DNA of 63,997 nt, the filler included, from Perkinsus olseni (lineage: Eukaryota): assembly GCA_013115125.1 (NCBI GenBank). It is 4 parts of 4 records of this genome, joined end to end, with 100 filler letters (N's around TTAATTAATTAA, not from the genome) between each part and the next. Parts side by side here need not be neighbours in the genome. Positions count along the whole stretch, not along the records: positions 50,248 to 63,997 come from JABANN010000745.1; 3 more parts are not named here. One strand, 5' to 3'. How positions within the stretch are numbered: the first letter of the stretch is position 1; every line of letters starts with the position of its first letter. This document shows, one piece after another, positions 52,546 through 63,997 of this stretch. A program made the position numbers and the translations under genes. The notes under the pieces were generated by a model, which was not told where the DNA came from, searched no databases, and saw only the letters and a list, made by a program, of their open reading frames with translations.

Positions 52546-53670
52546 CTACAAGATACGCCCGTCCTCTTTCACCATACCCCAGTACACAGCAACAGCAACA
52601 GCCGCAACAGTCACGGCAAAAGCGCGCGCCCCGTATCTTCGACCTCTCCATATCTGCCACTCTGCGACCTTAAGATACTCCACCGCTGAGTTAGTGTAGA
52701 GCACATCCTCGTCGACTGGCCCGACCGTCGCCCGCATTTGCCGGGCCAATTCCAACCGCCCCGCGATATCCCGGTGGCTCAATAAAAGGTTATACAAATT
52801 TCTTCGCTCCGCTGTCGACAAAGATATTTTATAAGCACTAAGGCCGTGACAAATTCTCAGCAATGCATTCGACGAGAGCTTTTCCAAGCCGCCGAAATTC
52901 GGCAATCGTGAAACGCTTCGCTCCGCTAAGTCCCGGGATTTCGGATGCACCGACCTACTCAGCCGAAACTGAGCCACCCACGTCTCAATGACATGCCGAT
53001 CTATCGTCTTCAGCTCCCTCTCCTTCTCGACGAACTGCAGGGCCTTCAGATCGCCACCGGCCGAGAACGGCTTGACCGCGCGCCCCAAAATTATCCCAGC
53101 TTGTATCCACAGCAAAAGCATCGTAGCAAAGAGCAGTGGAGTGCTTCTTCGGCCAACTCCGATCAGCCAGGACAGCAACACGTGCCTTGGTCGCCACTCC
53201 GTCGCGCAGGCCGGCGGCGATACCATCTCAAGCGCAACATTATTGAGCCCACCGAATGCAGCGAAGGACGCTACGTAGATCGCCAAGACGACCAATACCC
53301 TGACGCTGAGTAGCGGCCAAAAGACCCGACCTGGCTCCTCCCGAGATCGAATCGCTACTGAAGCGGACCCCGGCGAGACCACTCGCCAGACCGCCGACAT
53401 CCCGTGAAGGGTGGACACAGCCGATTCGACGATCATCTTCCCGCCGCTTCGCTCCGCCGTCGACCGTACTAGCATCATCTTAATGATAATGAGTGCATGA
53501 GAAATAACGTATTGTATTACGTACAGCAAACTGACAAGCGTGAAGGACTGAAGAAGGGCCGCATGGAAGGCTGTCGGACGGGAGTAGGGTAAGAGCCCAT
53601 AATCATTCAGGAGCATCAGAGATGCAGTCGCCCCAGCCGAGGTCGCAGCAGCCGAATCTGAAGCCGTCAA
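52546..53670 (-). CDS. Hypothetical membrane protein
   Basis: 374-aa uninterrupted ORF with 3-4 hydrophobic segments; no family recognised. Confidence 0.5.
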   Translation of the reverse strand: MTASDSAAATSAGATASLMLLNDYGLLPYSRPTAFHAALLQSFTLVSLLYVIQYVISHALIIIKMMLVRSTAERSGGKMIVESAVSTLHGMSAVWRVVSPGSASVAIRSREEPGRVFWPLLSVRVLVVLAIYVASFAAFGGLNNVALEMVSPPACATEWRPRHVLLSWLIGVGRRSTPLLFATMLLLWIQAGIILGRAVKPFSAGGDLKALQFVEKERELKTIDRHVIETWVAQFRLSRSVHPKSRDLAERSVSRLPNFGGLEKLSSNALLRICHGLSAYKISLSTAERRNLYNLLLSHRDIAGRLELARQMRATVGPVDEDVLYTNSAVEYLKVAEWQIWRGRRYGARAFAVTVAAVAVAVYWGMVKEDGRIL

Positions 53671-56600
53671 AAGATACCATCACAACCAGCCACGTCACAC
53701 AGCCTCGCCCACCCCCGATGTGAGATCGTCTTCAAGGGGAGCACGTGTATATTAACGAAATGCTCTGGAATCGAGATTGATCGCTCCTGCCTTGCCCTTG
53801 CACGATAGTTCTATTTCCAGTAAAAGTTATTACTTTGCACCAAACGGCCCGTCTGAGTCAAGTCTTGAATGAACCGATTCTGGAACCGGATTTTACGGGT
53901 AAAAATCAACTTGAGGATCGATTTTAAGTTTCAGAAACAATGATGATCGGGGAGACTGTTGAATCACCCACACAGCCAACCGACAACATCCCGTCCGGCA
54001 AGGTACTACTCGCAGTAGCCGCTCCCGCCACCGCAGCGAGGACTGCTGTTGGTGTCATCTCAGGCCAGTCCAGACAGATCTCGGTCGGAGGTTCGCAGGC
54101 CAGCAGAGGCATGGACGCTTTACGGAGATGCTTCGACAACAGGCCCGAGGTGAAACTAAATACAACCTCCCATGGGGATGGCATATCCGGCTCCTGCCTT
54201 GTACCGGAGCGGAGCGAAGCACTTCGCTATACATTTCGAAGCAGCGGACATCGGTACGCTCACGATTAATCGACAGAGAATGAACGCCGACAGCAAACGT
54301 GACAAGGTTCCTGAACGCTGGGCGTGACGAAAAATACATCATCCCCTCGTCACTTATTTCATAAAGCGCTCCCATAAGAAGATTCACTGCAAATCCGCAG
54401 CGTCAATCATGACGTCATTTCATAAAACTTCTAAAAAATAGTGCCCTAGACGTCTGCAATCAGCATGCTTCAACCTCCAACACGCGTCCTCGCAATATAT
54501 TCAATACCACATTTCCCCCGCCTCCCGATAAATACTCCCCTTCCTACTGATAATGCCGAGCAGTATGGTGATGATATTCCCCAGCCAGCCCTTCTGAGTA
54601 GCCCTCAGCATAATACACGTCAATCAACAGCCGGAAATAGGTGACTGCCAAGTAGTCCGATATCTTCCACGGTGACACCTCCTGTCGCCGTAGACGCTCA
54701 ACGACCGCTTCCCGTATCTTGCCAGCATGAGCCAAAGATACGCACCCGGGCAAATGAATATCCTCACGTAACGAAACCTCGCTAGCCCGGCGAAATATGA
54801 AACGCCCATCTCCACCATTGGAGTCCAAAGCTTCGTGACACATGATACTCGAAGCTGATTATTTAGACGAGACTTTGCCTGTTTTTCGTGAGAATGGCTG
54901 TTTTCCTTCCAATTTGAGTTCACTACTCGAATCCAGCGAACGCCAAGTTTTTGTCAAAAATTCTGTCAAAATTACTCGACTACCCCAACTGTTCTAATAC
55001 CTCCTCCCACTCAGCAGCCTTCTCATAGCAATCCTCAGCACTCTGTTTCAGTATACTCAACTCTTCCTGCTTTCTACTGACGACTTCCTGTTGTTCATCT
55101 AACAACGCTGTGCCGTTCTAAAAATACACTCCCTGGGATTCGAACCCACAGCCTTGCCTACCACAGCACCTCGTCCACCCCCTTTCCGCCAACATAGCGG
55201 GCCATCCTGTCCAGCATCTCTGCATCTCTACTCACTGTGGTGTTGAGAGCCGACGCCCGACTACTCAGTTCCGTACAGGAAACTGAGACCGCCATCACTA
55301 CTCTCGAATCCATGTGAACCGAAGCGACCGAAAGAAGATTCCACACTTTGGTCAATTTTCCTATTTTTCTATCAAAAAGAACGGGCTAGCACGGCCGTCT
55401 CCCAGTCAACCCTTCCTTATGCCATCCACTAATACCCCTCAATCGTTCGCTCTCCTCCACAGCGTCCGTGGACTCCAGTCGCCCTCTCAGGGTATGGCCG
55501 GCGAAGAAGGAGAGTCGGAAAAGGGCGTAGACGAGTAGTAGGAACTCTCCTATCCGCCCACACAGCCGAGGCCTTCTGTGAAAGACGTATGAACCTGGTC
55601 GAGGGTGGGAAGGCGGGGGGGGCGAACTGACGATTAGATACTTGAAAGAATAAATATCATAGTATCTATTCTCCGTATCCGTAGTCTCTGTATCACTTCT
55701 ATAGATAATTATCAATAACAACCATTTCTATCGGCCACCAGCCGGGAATTTTGATGAACGGGCGAAAACACTCTCTTGGTGGGGTTTGGTGGGGTCTGAC
55801 CCGCGGGTTACAGTACTGGTAATAGACAGCAGAGTCTCCGCTGTCTATTAAGGCTCGGCTATTTTCCGATGCAGAGACTCTGCCTGGCAAGAATTTTCAA
55901 CCCTCTCCCCTGCCCAAGAATGGCAACCCTCTCGCCACAAGCACGTTATCACCAAGCGTGCACGCTCCATTACTACCAGTAGCAGACACTCCCGCTACTC
56001 CCGCCGTTGATGAGAAGGCCGCTAAGGTTGTAGACACCGAAGGGACGAGCCACCCCAGCATAACAACAACAACCCTGGGCCACTCCAAGATTGAATACTC
56101 CATGACACAACACTTCTGATGTTCCATTCAACAACAGCATGGATGAGCTCAACTGGTGTAAAAGCCACCGTAAGGATTGCGATTTTGGAACTTCTCCACC
56201 AGACCATGACGATACCCCCGATCTTCGAGAGGATCCTTCTCGACAGTGACAGGTTGCCGAGATGCCGGTCTGAGGCAAACCGCCGTCGGCCCCGATCTGC
56301 TACGGCAGGCTGGCCCACCTCTGGCGATGCTGGAAGGTCCCTGTGCTGCTGCAGGCGATGGGCAGCTGCTTTATCTGAGTGGAGAGATGTAGTGGTGGTG
56401 AGGAGGGTACATCGGGGCTCACCCGGTCTTCCAAGGGGAGATCTGCTGCTACCGCCGCAGGGCCACCTTTGCGCTTCTTCTGACCTGATGGGGCGCCATG
56501 TGGCTGGGCTACGAGGATCACGAAATATTGAATAGGAAGAGACACGCTCCCGGCGACGCAGCAGTGGAGTCCGAGGGGGCTAGACTGAGAGACGCCCGGT

Positions 56601-57113
56601 GGGCGTGTGGTAAGAGAACGACGAGAACAAAGCCTGCATGCTTTTCCTTGGCTTTTTCACCCGAAAATGCGATAGACAATTTCCTTTGTAACCGTCAGGT
56701 TCGATAATGCAGTAATTCCGTGATCAACACCCATCACCAGCAGAGTCACCCATTCAAGGAGGAGATGCCCCTCTCACTTTTCTTCCCGGTCACGTGCGAC
56801 GCCTCCACTGTGGGCTTCCGCAGGACGTCGTCTGTCTGAACGCCCTGCGATGCTACACCCAGCTGGGCGGCTTCTGCGGCTGCCTGAAGGTGACCTCATT
56901 TATCGCCATTCCCGACTCATACGAATGCCGACGGGGGGATTTCTAATTGTGTAACGATTTTATGGGTTTTCAAGATCGATGGGGCGGTTGGCCGAAAGAA
57001 AGGCAGATTACATGACCAAAGAATAATGCTCACACTTCTACGGGCTGTTCGATAAACCAATTCTGAAACTCAGAATCGAATCTGAAACCGCAATTTACGG
57101 GGAAAAATCTAAC

Positions 57114-57179
57114 ACCATTGCTGTGAATCGAACCCGCGATGGGTGAATGACGGTTAAGGATTATACCACCACACCAATC
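57114..57179 (-). pseudogene. Degenerate tRNA-like sequence
   Basis: Minus strand ATTGGTGTGGTGGTATAA (A-box-like) ... CCGTCA ... GGGTTCGATTC (B-box) ... CAAT; stems are imperfect. Confidence 0.4.
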
Positions 57180-59774
57180 TTTCTCGCATCACTCACTCGT
57201 TACCTCCCTCTGCCGCTGCTTTTGTAAATTCTCAGCAAAGCTCGCGTACTGCATGGTCTCATTTTCTATCAGCCGTTGCCACACAACTTGAAGCTTCCAA
57301 GGGTCCGACATTTCAACAACAAAGACGGTAACAATCGAGTCAGGGACAAACTGTCTCGGCGTTAAGGAACTTCAAGATATCGCAAGATGTCCAAGATCAG
57401 AGCATTGGGGCAACATGCTTTTCCCTTTTTGTCTATCGTTATTGGCCTACTACACCACTGCCGCCCCTGTCGACCCCATAGCAGTGAAATGGAGGATAGA
57501 TGATTCCAAGGTGGGGATGTCTGCCCTCACACGTCTCGATCGCTGTCATACGGGGCGTTCAGTAAACTGGGAGTGTTCAATAGACGGCCTCTCCTCAGTT
57601 TCAGGCGCGCTTCCAGGATTGAATTTAACGCGTAAGAGACGATCCTGAGAGCGCAGTTGACAATTGGGGAGAGGAAGCAGTCTGTTTACAACCTGGACTG
57701 GTTGTGGAATTCAGAACAGTTTCTGTACCCGCATTTCGCGCATAAAATTAAGTTCCAGTATAGATTCTGAGGTTCTGAATTGGTTCATTGAGCATGAGGA
57801 TTGGCAGCTGCTGGCCTTTTTCTCGGCGCGCTGAGATTCCCTGCCATATATCAACATAAGGCGGCTTCCTTCGCAGGATATTCACGTCGGTAATTCTGCT
57901 GCGCAGTCCGCCTGGGAGAGCTACATCGAGGAGCCCGGCAGGGACTCAGCCGCCCTCAGGATAATGGTAGGTATTAGGGAGCCCTTCTCAAGGGCGGAAT
58001 CAAATTTTCAGAATCTTTTTGATACCGAAGGGTCGACCTTCATACATAGATGGACTTGGGAATCCCAAGTTGGGATGGGCCACGCCTCTCTGGGCTCCAT
58101 CCAGCCATCTTGAGCAACGGATGAACTTTGATATTGAATTGCAGTTGGGTCGTAGTTGTGACTGTCGGATTTATTGGAGAGCCGGCGCATCCCGGAAGTT
58201 ATTTTCTCGTATCAGCGTCCGCCCTGACGACCTAGAATCCGTGTTGCACTAGCTCGACATCAAGATTCCCTCAGATGGTTGTATTAACCCTAGCCGGCAT
58301 CTTCACCCTCTTCTACATTGTCTACCTCTGTGCCAGACGTCTCAGTCCCAAGAGCCCTCCAGCAAGGTAGCAGATCTTTTCTCGCCATTTCTCACTGTGA
58401 AGATTCGTATACAGCCTCGCTCGCCCGAGAGTGAAACCGTCGTTGTGTAGAACCTACCATGCGAAATAATCCTTATAACTATCTTCTATGCCCACGCTAC
58501 GGCGAAGGCCGTATTAATAATGTAATTTTATAGCCTAAATATTTCGTTTATGATAAATATATACTAAATATGGTATTCCTGCCATCATATTCATTTGCAA
58601 ATGATATTTTATTAACATATTAATATGGCAGGTTAATTGTAGTTCCTGGTAATAGTTAATAATATAAATAGGCATGATTATCAGGTGTTATCAATCACAG
58701 ATATTATTATAATATCATTTTATAACTCCATTCGTCGCGGCTCATAATCAGCTTGGACGAGACCTTATCCGAACACCTTCTCGAGAATGAACTTGTTTTC
58801 AGATACGCGCCGGTTGTGCACACAAATTTGGAACCTCGGGAGAATGTGAGCTTCGAGTGGTCATCATCCTACGCAACCACTGCTGCAGGTTTTTGGCATC
58901 CCCAAGTCGATCGCAAGCAGTGGATTGGTGAAGGGTGTACCAGCGGAGACGTCAGCGCTTTGAGAGTCGTTGAAGCGGCAGCTCCTTGTGAACTTGTTTT
59001 CTGGTGGAATTGTGTTCCGGAGTGCTAGTGGCACTGCGCTTATCTAGACAACAGTATAGCCCGGGTAGCCTAGCTAGCTCTACACCATCCCCGATCAAAT
59101 CGGTTGAAAAGGACGCGGTAAATGGAATTCTGTGTTTAAACAAGTTCTCATCCGCTTCAAATACTTTAGCGAGTTTGAGAAACTCATGTCGCGAATATCA
59201 AATCTACGGAGCGCAACTCGTTGCGTGTAGAGTGAATATGCGAATCGTAGGAAGTGAAGATATTTTTCGTGTGCGCTGCTGCACAGTGGTACTGTGCCAG
59301 GGCGAGCGAGAGACATGGTATCTGTGCACTGGCCTTGAGTTGACCGAGTGCCTCAGAATAACCGGCTTGGCGGTGGGTTAGGTGGTCCCCTGAGCGAGCG
59401 CGTTTCAGTTGCCTGTGTAAGGCGAGTCCTGTTTTTTTTCTTTTTCGTCTTCGGGAGGTGCCAGGTTGGTGACAGGGATTATCTATTTATACCCATGTAC
59501 TGATAGATAGCGAACAGAGCTCCGAAGAGCTCGAAATAATTTCGTTCAAAAGCGGGGAACTACGCGTTCGCCTGAAGGCCTACAGTTTTATCTGAGTGGA
59601 AGCGAAACTATACACGTCTGACAAGGTAGATGGGCCACGGTTGATGAACGATCTGAGCGTAGCTTTCTCGCGTATCTTACGGTTTCGCGTGCACGCGTTT
59701 CTTTTCCGAGCGCGTTCCCGTTTCCTCTTCACGAGAATGCATATTACTTATGCAAAGCTTATCAACCTTAGAGC

Positions 59775-61344
59775 TTACGTCCGGCTGATAGGTGCATAGC
59801 AGTTCTGACGGCACTCAGCAAAGTTGATTACCAGACCTCGTGTCCACTTTTGAAATTCTTTCGAGTCGCACCTACAGGTATGTGACGAAGAGTGGCGCGG
59901 CCTTCGAGCAATCGATAGTCTTTCTTTTAGTTTTCTCAGGGGTCTGTTAGCTCCGAGTCGTTTATTTTGGCCGAGAATGCCATCTCTGCTGACTTTCATT
60001 GCGAAATTGTAGGACATTTCGGCGGTTGTATCGGAAACAGGATAAGAGCAAAGTTGCTGTTTGCCGTTTTCCATCCCTGCTCGTACGAATAGTTGCCCTT
60101 TCCTTGTTCCCATCTCGTCGATGTAAATAATGACAGCGGCCATTATGTCATAACGCTCCCTTTCATACAGAATCCACTGTTGGTTGGTACTGTGTGTGCC
60201 ACCATTCTTCAAATAAGCAGCGGCTGTACATCAGCGCGATGTCGAATATACGAAATGGCACCTTGATTTTTAAATTCGCAATCCGCCTGTTATGCTCGTC
60301 ATTATATGATAACAGCACTGAGTTTTTTGCTTCTTATCGGTTGCTGTTTCCAATACCAGCCAGAGCTAGTAGCTAATAGCTCAGAGCTACACATCGCCAC
60401 CTTCCAGTTCACTTTCAACGCGAGACTTGATTTCACGCACACGAACATCATGTAACAACAACAATAGCCTTTCTCAAAAAAGCCTACCAAAGCCGGCGTG
60501 AGATCTCTCAAACTTCTCGAGCCTGTGGGTTTCCCTTACGAAGAACTCATGTAACCAGTAGTTATCCTGCTGAAGGGTCGGATAGGTCGAAGGAGGATTG
60601 TTGATAAGATCCGAGACCATCTCGTAACACGCCCCGTTATCCGCTGGGTCACGCTTCATCCTCTCCGCCACCTCTCTAGCGCGAAGCGTGAACGGCGACA
60701 AACCATCCCTCTCGAGAACATCCATCCATATGTAAGGGCAGTGGTAATGGCCGCTGAAAGGAGAAATGAGTGATGCCCGCGAATTCTTAGTCATTTTAAT
60801 TCCGTGAATATCTTAAACACCAACTCATGTTGTGCAAGGTGAGCTCCTTCGAGTGCGGCACTCGGAGGGCCCCAACTTACAAGTGTAAACGTACGCGCGT
60901 ATCGTCATGTTTGATACCCTTAAATTGATAGCCTTTGACCCCTCTCTGCGCGTCTGTGAAGAAGCGCAGCACAGTCCGCTTGAAATACGTGTCAGTCGGT
61001 CGAACTTGAGTCTGCGGTAATGGCCTATCATTGATCTCGTCAATCTCACATCCACCAGGTATCGCCGCGACATCCAACTGCAAGAAGCTTGATTGATAAA
61101 AGAACAAGGCGAGCATAGACCGAGCAACGAAGTAGCCCTGGCAGCTACTATGAACTGACGATAGACTCTTTGCGGTGCAGAGTTTGCGCGATCTTACCCC
61201 GAGAGTCCGCAGGTAGCTCCTCATCTCGGGCGGCGGCGGGTACCATGGTTTGGGCGTCGCCCATGTCGTACCCCGAGCCTTGTGCAAGGCTAGAGCAGCA
61301 GCAATAGTCGAGACGAAAACTTTCAGGCTAGAATGAATGGACAT
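59775..61344 (-). CDS. Lineage-specific secreted protein(s), multi-exon
   Basis: Signal-peptide-like N-terminus (MSIHSSLKVFVSTIAAALALHKARG) and consecutive minus-strand ORFs 60877-61344, 60474-60794 and 59775-60212 with GTAAG donors. Confidence 0.5.
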
Positions 61345-61750
61345 AGGTCAAAAGTATAGGAGACAGCTTCAAGTCCATAGAGCGAAGGGTGATCAACTTT
61401 TCACTGTCGGCCACGCGGGCCAATCTATGCCCCTGAACCAACAGTTGCCGCGGCGACTCCACTGGAGTCACTCCAGTAGTGACCAAGGGCGATAAATGAC
61501 GCCGTGATCGTCGGAAGCCTATTCCCGCGTGCCATCAAGGGAGATTGTAAGCCCGGAAATCCATTTTCGAGACCCATTCGTGAGCGCGCCTCGGATGACT
61601 TGCGATACTTTCGGGCTGGAAGTGGCATTCCTGTAGCGAAGACTTCAGAGCTTCTCGATGATTGGATTGGGGAAAATCGATTGGAAAGAGGCAACATCAC
61701 GCCTGAAGGAAGGTCACCGCTGTCCCTCAGTAACGAGTTCTCCCACAATA

Positions 61751-63049
61751 ATGATCAGATCTGCGATACTTCACTCGGCGGTAGCCTGGAGAATAGGCTC
61801 ATCGTCATCAGTACTGTCATTCCCTATGAACCGAGGCCACGTAGCAATGACTGTCGACGGCCATCTGGTGAATCTTCTGGTCGACACTGGCAGCCCTATG
61901 TCCTTCCTAGTATACGGTGATTGGTACGAATCGATCTACGGGGTCGGCTCCTGCAAGCACCTCGTCTCGGGTTGCTACTTCTGCCCCCCAACTGATCCGT
62001 GTACCCGAGAGAGTTTGCTCAGTCAAGGGAAGGACAGTCTTTCCTATGGAGAAAATGACACCGTTTGGTTCGTCTACCGGAATGTAACGTTAAGGGTCGG
62101 CGGTGCCCGAGAAATCAGAAATATTCAAATCGGCCTGATGGTAGGAAGCACACCCGTGGAGAAGGGAACTCAACCGACCGCACTGCTGGGGCTAGGCCTG
62201 CGTCCACCCGAGTGGAGCAGGATGATGAGAGTACCCTCCCTCCTCGAGCAGCTCGCGGCTGCTGGAGATGTCCCCAGCTTTGCTTTCTCGATTCGGGGGT
62301 CAGAATTATCGCACGGGATGCATGGGGACTTGGAACTTGGCCAATTCCCGGCGTTGACAGAAGATATGACTCTCCTTCCGCTGGCGGGTCCGCCATCGAT
62401 GCGGGGAAAAATCGGAACAATCTCATCCACCGTATGGTTAAGCACTTTTTCCGGGAACCATAGTGCGAGTGGGCCCGGGGACGGAGAAGAGCGGTTAAGA
62501 GTGGTTATTGATACTGGATCCGACAGCATCTTCGCTTCTGCTACGATACTCTCGCAACTATGGGAGGCTATTGTTGCTGAGTTCGGTCGGGACCGCGTTG
62601 ATGGCACCGGCTCAGGGAAGCCTTCCTCAAGGAAACGTCAGAAATTGGCCGTGTACACTGAAATCCGCCACTCCGACACTATCTACTGGATTCGTCGTGC
62701 TCTTATTGAACGCCTTCCTAAATTCGTCATCCAGGTCAACGCAGAGTCAACTTTCGAGGTTCACCTTAGCAACCACGTACAAGTCTGCGACGGTCACTGG
62801 TGTAGACTTCAAATCTTCGAGGATCATCCCGACGGGGCTACCTTGGATACGCTCACCATTGGGATATCCTTTCTCCTAGACTATGACCTATCTGTCGATT
62901 TTTCTGACAAAGTTATCAGTCTCAAAAAACCCGAAATTCCCGTGGTGAGGAAGTTTGCATCTTCGAGGTCATGGCGTAAAGCTCGAGAGCCTAAGTGCAA
63001 GCGAAGTTCCGGAGTTGCTCGGCTCGTCAAAAGCTGTATTGGAAGATAG
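61751..63049 (+). CDS. Pepsin-like (A1) aspartyl protease
   Basis: Two catalytic motifs, LLVDTGS and VVIDTGS; flap SYG; LLGLG; IGISFL..Y...VDF. Likely start MIRSAILHS at 61751. Confidence 0.92.
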   Translation: MIRSAILHSAVAWRIGSSSSVLSFPMNRGHVAMTVDGHLVNLLVDTGSPMSFLVYGDWYESIYGVGSCKHLVSGCYFCPPTDPCTRESLLSQGKDSLSYGENDTVWFVYRNVTLRVGGAREIRNIQIGLMVGSTPVEKGTQPTALLGLGLRPPEWSRMMRVPSLLEQLAAAGDVPSFAFSIRGSELSHGMHGDLELGQFPALTEDMTLLPLAGPPSMRGKIGTISSTVWLSTFSGNHSASGPGDGEERLRVVIDTGSDSIFASATILSQLWEAIVAEFGRDRVDGTGSGKPSSRKRQKLAVYTEIRHSDTIYWIRRALIERLPKFVIQVNAESTFEVHLSNHVQVCDGHWCRLQIFEDHPDGATLDTLTIGISFLLDYDLSVDFSDKVISLKKPEIPVVRKFASSRSWRKAREPKCKRSSGVARLVKSCIGR

Positions 63050-63997
63050 CTGTGACTAAGCTCACTGGGCCCAAGACTTCTCTGGTGTCCATGATGTGTA
63101 TCCAACTTTAACTGTTCGTTTCGTTCAAAAGTCCCTTCATGGTCAATCGAACGCACCGCAAACTGTAGGCTACTACCAGCAAAAGATCGGAGTTCGCACG
63201 TATTATTGAAAGTTGAGAAAAACAAGATTGATGAGTAGTGAGCGGCGAGTTCTGGAACCGTTTCTAGGGAAGCCTTAAAAACACAAAACGCTTCGTGCAC
63301 GCGTGCTCCACATGCCTCTACTGCCGCCGAGTCTCGGCAGCCGAGAGGCGTAGCAGCTACGTTGGCACGCACCCCAACAGTAAACAATTCTCTCCCTTCG
63401 AGAGAATTGTCCCTCAATTCAACAGTTCCACAAGCGAGCATCGCCCGAAGGTCTAAAGAAGCGTGTCCCTAGCTAAGCTATTGAATCACTCGACACTGGT
63501 TATTGGCTATTACATAGTCTTTACCTCTCGGAAGTCTAATAGGCGAGTGACCCACCATGCCAGAGCTCGAAGAAATCACATGAGCGAGCAAGGACAATAA
63601 TTTGGCTGTAGAGCCGAAATTGAGAGGCCAAGTCCTTCTCACCTCGGTAATCGAGATAACATCGCCAGGAACAATTGCGCGAACCGCCAAGGACCGGTAG
63701 CATGTGACATGTTCCCACCACCACAAGCCCGATTACACAATTTCCGGATCGATTCCAAGGATTGTCACTTTTGTTTTACATATTTCCATCGTAGAGAAAT
63801 GCGGAACGATTTCTTGTGGGGGAAACCTCTAGCTGTGGTTTGATGTGATTAGGATCACCCTTGTGTGGGCGGCCCGGGCGAGCGCGAAAGTTTGTGCGGG
63901 CTGTGGCACCCGATGACTGGCTAGTGTAGCGGGCCGTGTGAACCCCGCTGGGAGCTGAGGTCCAATGAAGGGCTGAGGCTCAAGATCTTCACCACTC

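Noticed and set aside
55540-56130. Possible LTR/gag remnant (AATAAA-containing block followed by Pro/Thr-rich frames)
   Set aside because: No second LTR, clear PBS, zinc knuckle or pol motif could be identified.
62065-63441. ORFs overlapping the aspartyl protease on other frames or strands
   Set aside because: No motifs; explained as shadow ORFs of GC-rich coding sequence.

Overview
Eukaryotic, intron-containing DNA, most likely an alveolate of the Perkinsus type. This is inferred from short ~50-70 nt GT-AG introns, the style of the pepsin-like protease and the lineage-specific secreted proteins; it was not checked by search. The window is not one locus. Three 100-bp N-spacers with a TTAATTAATTAA core join four separate contigs (1-16720, 16821-33478, 33579-50147, 50248-end). 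Contig 1 is dominated by a >13 kb AT-rich rolling-circle (Helitron-like) element on the minus strand. Removing a 56-nt intron and collapsing a 74-bp assembly overlap gives one ~2,730-aa protein: OTU protease, Cys/His-rich region, HUH Rep, Pif1-like helicase and an SLX1-type GIY-YIG nuclease. A degenerate Ulp1/C48-like protease and a Cys-rich accessory gene follow it, and a GC hairpin+CTAG lies upstream of the gene. This element is the main candidate for an undescribed system. Contig 2 is saturated with trinucleotide repeats and carries eIF3 subunit I, RIO1 kinase and a 5'-nucleotidase. Contig 3 carries two PYG-repeat (FAM166-like) paralogs, a coiled-coil gene, a DCAF8/WDTC1-like WD40-TPR gene and a multi-TM-LRR-EF-hand gene. 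Contig 4 has a 24-bp minisatellite, four tRNA-like T-arm relics, hypothetical genes and an A1 aspartyl protease.
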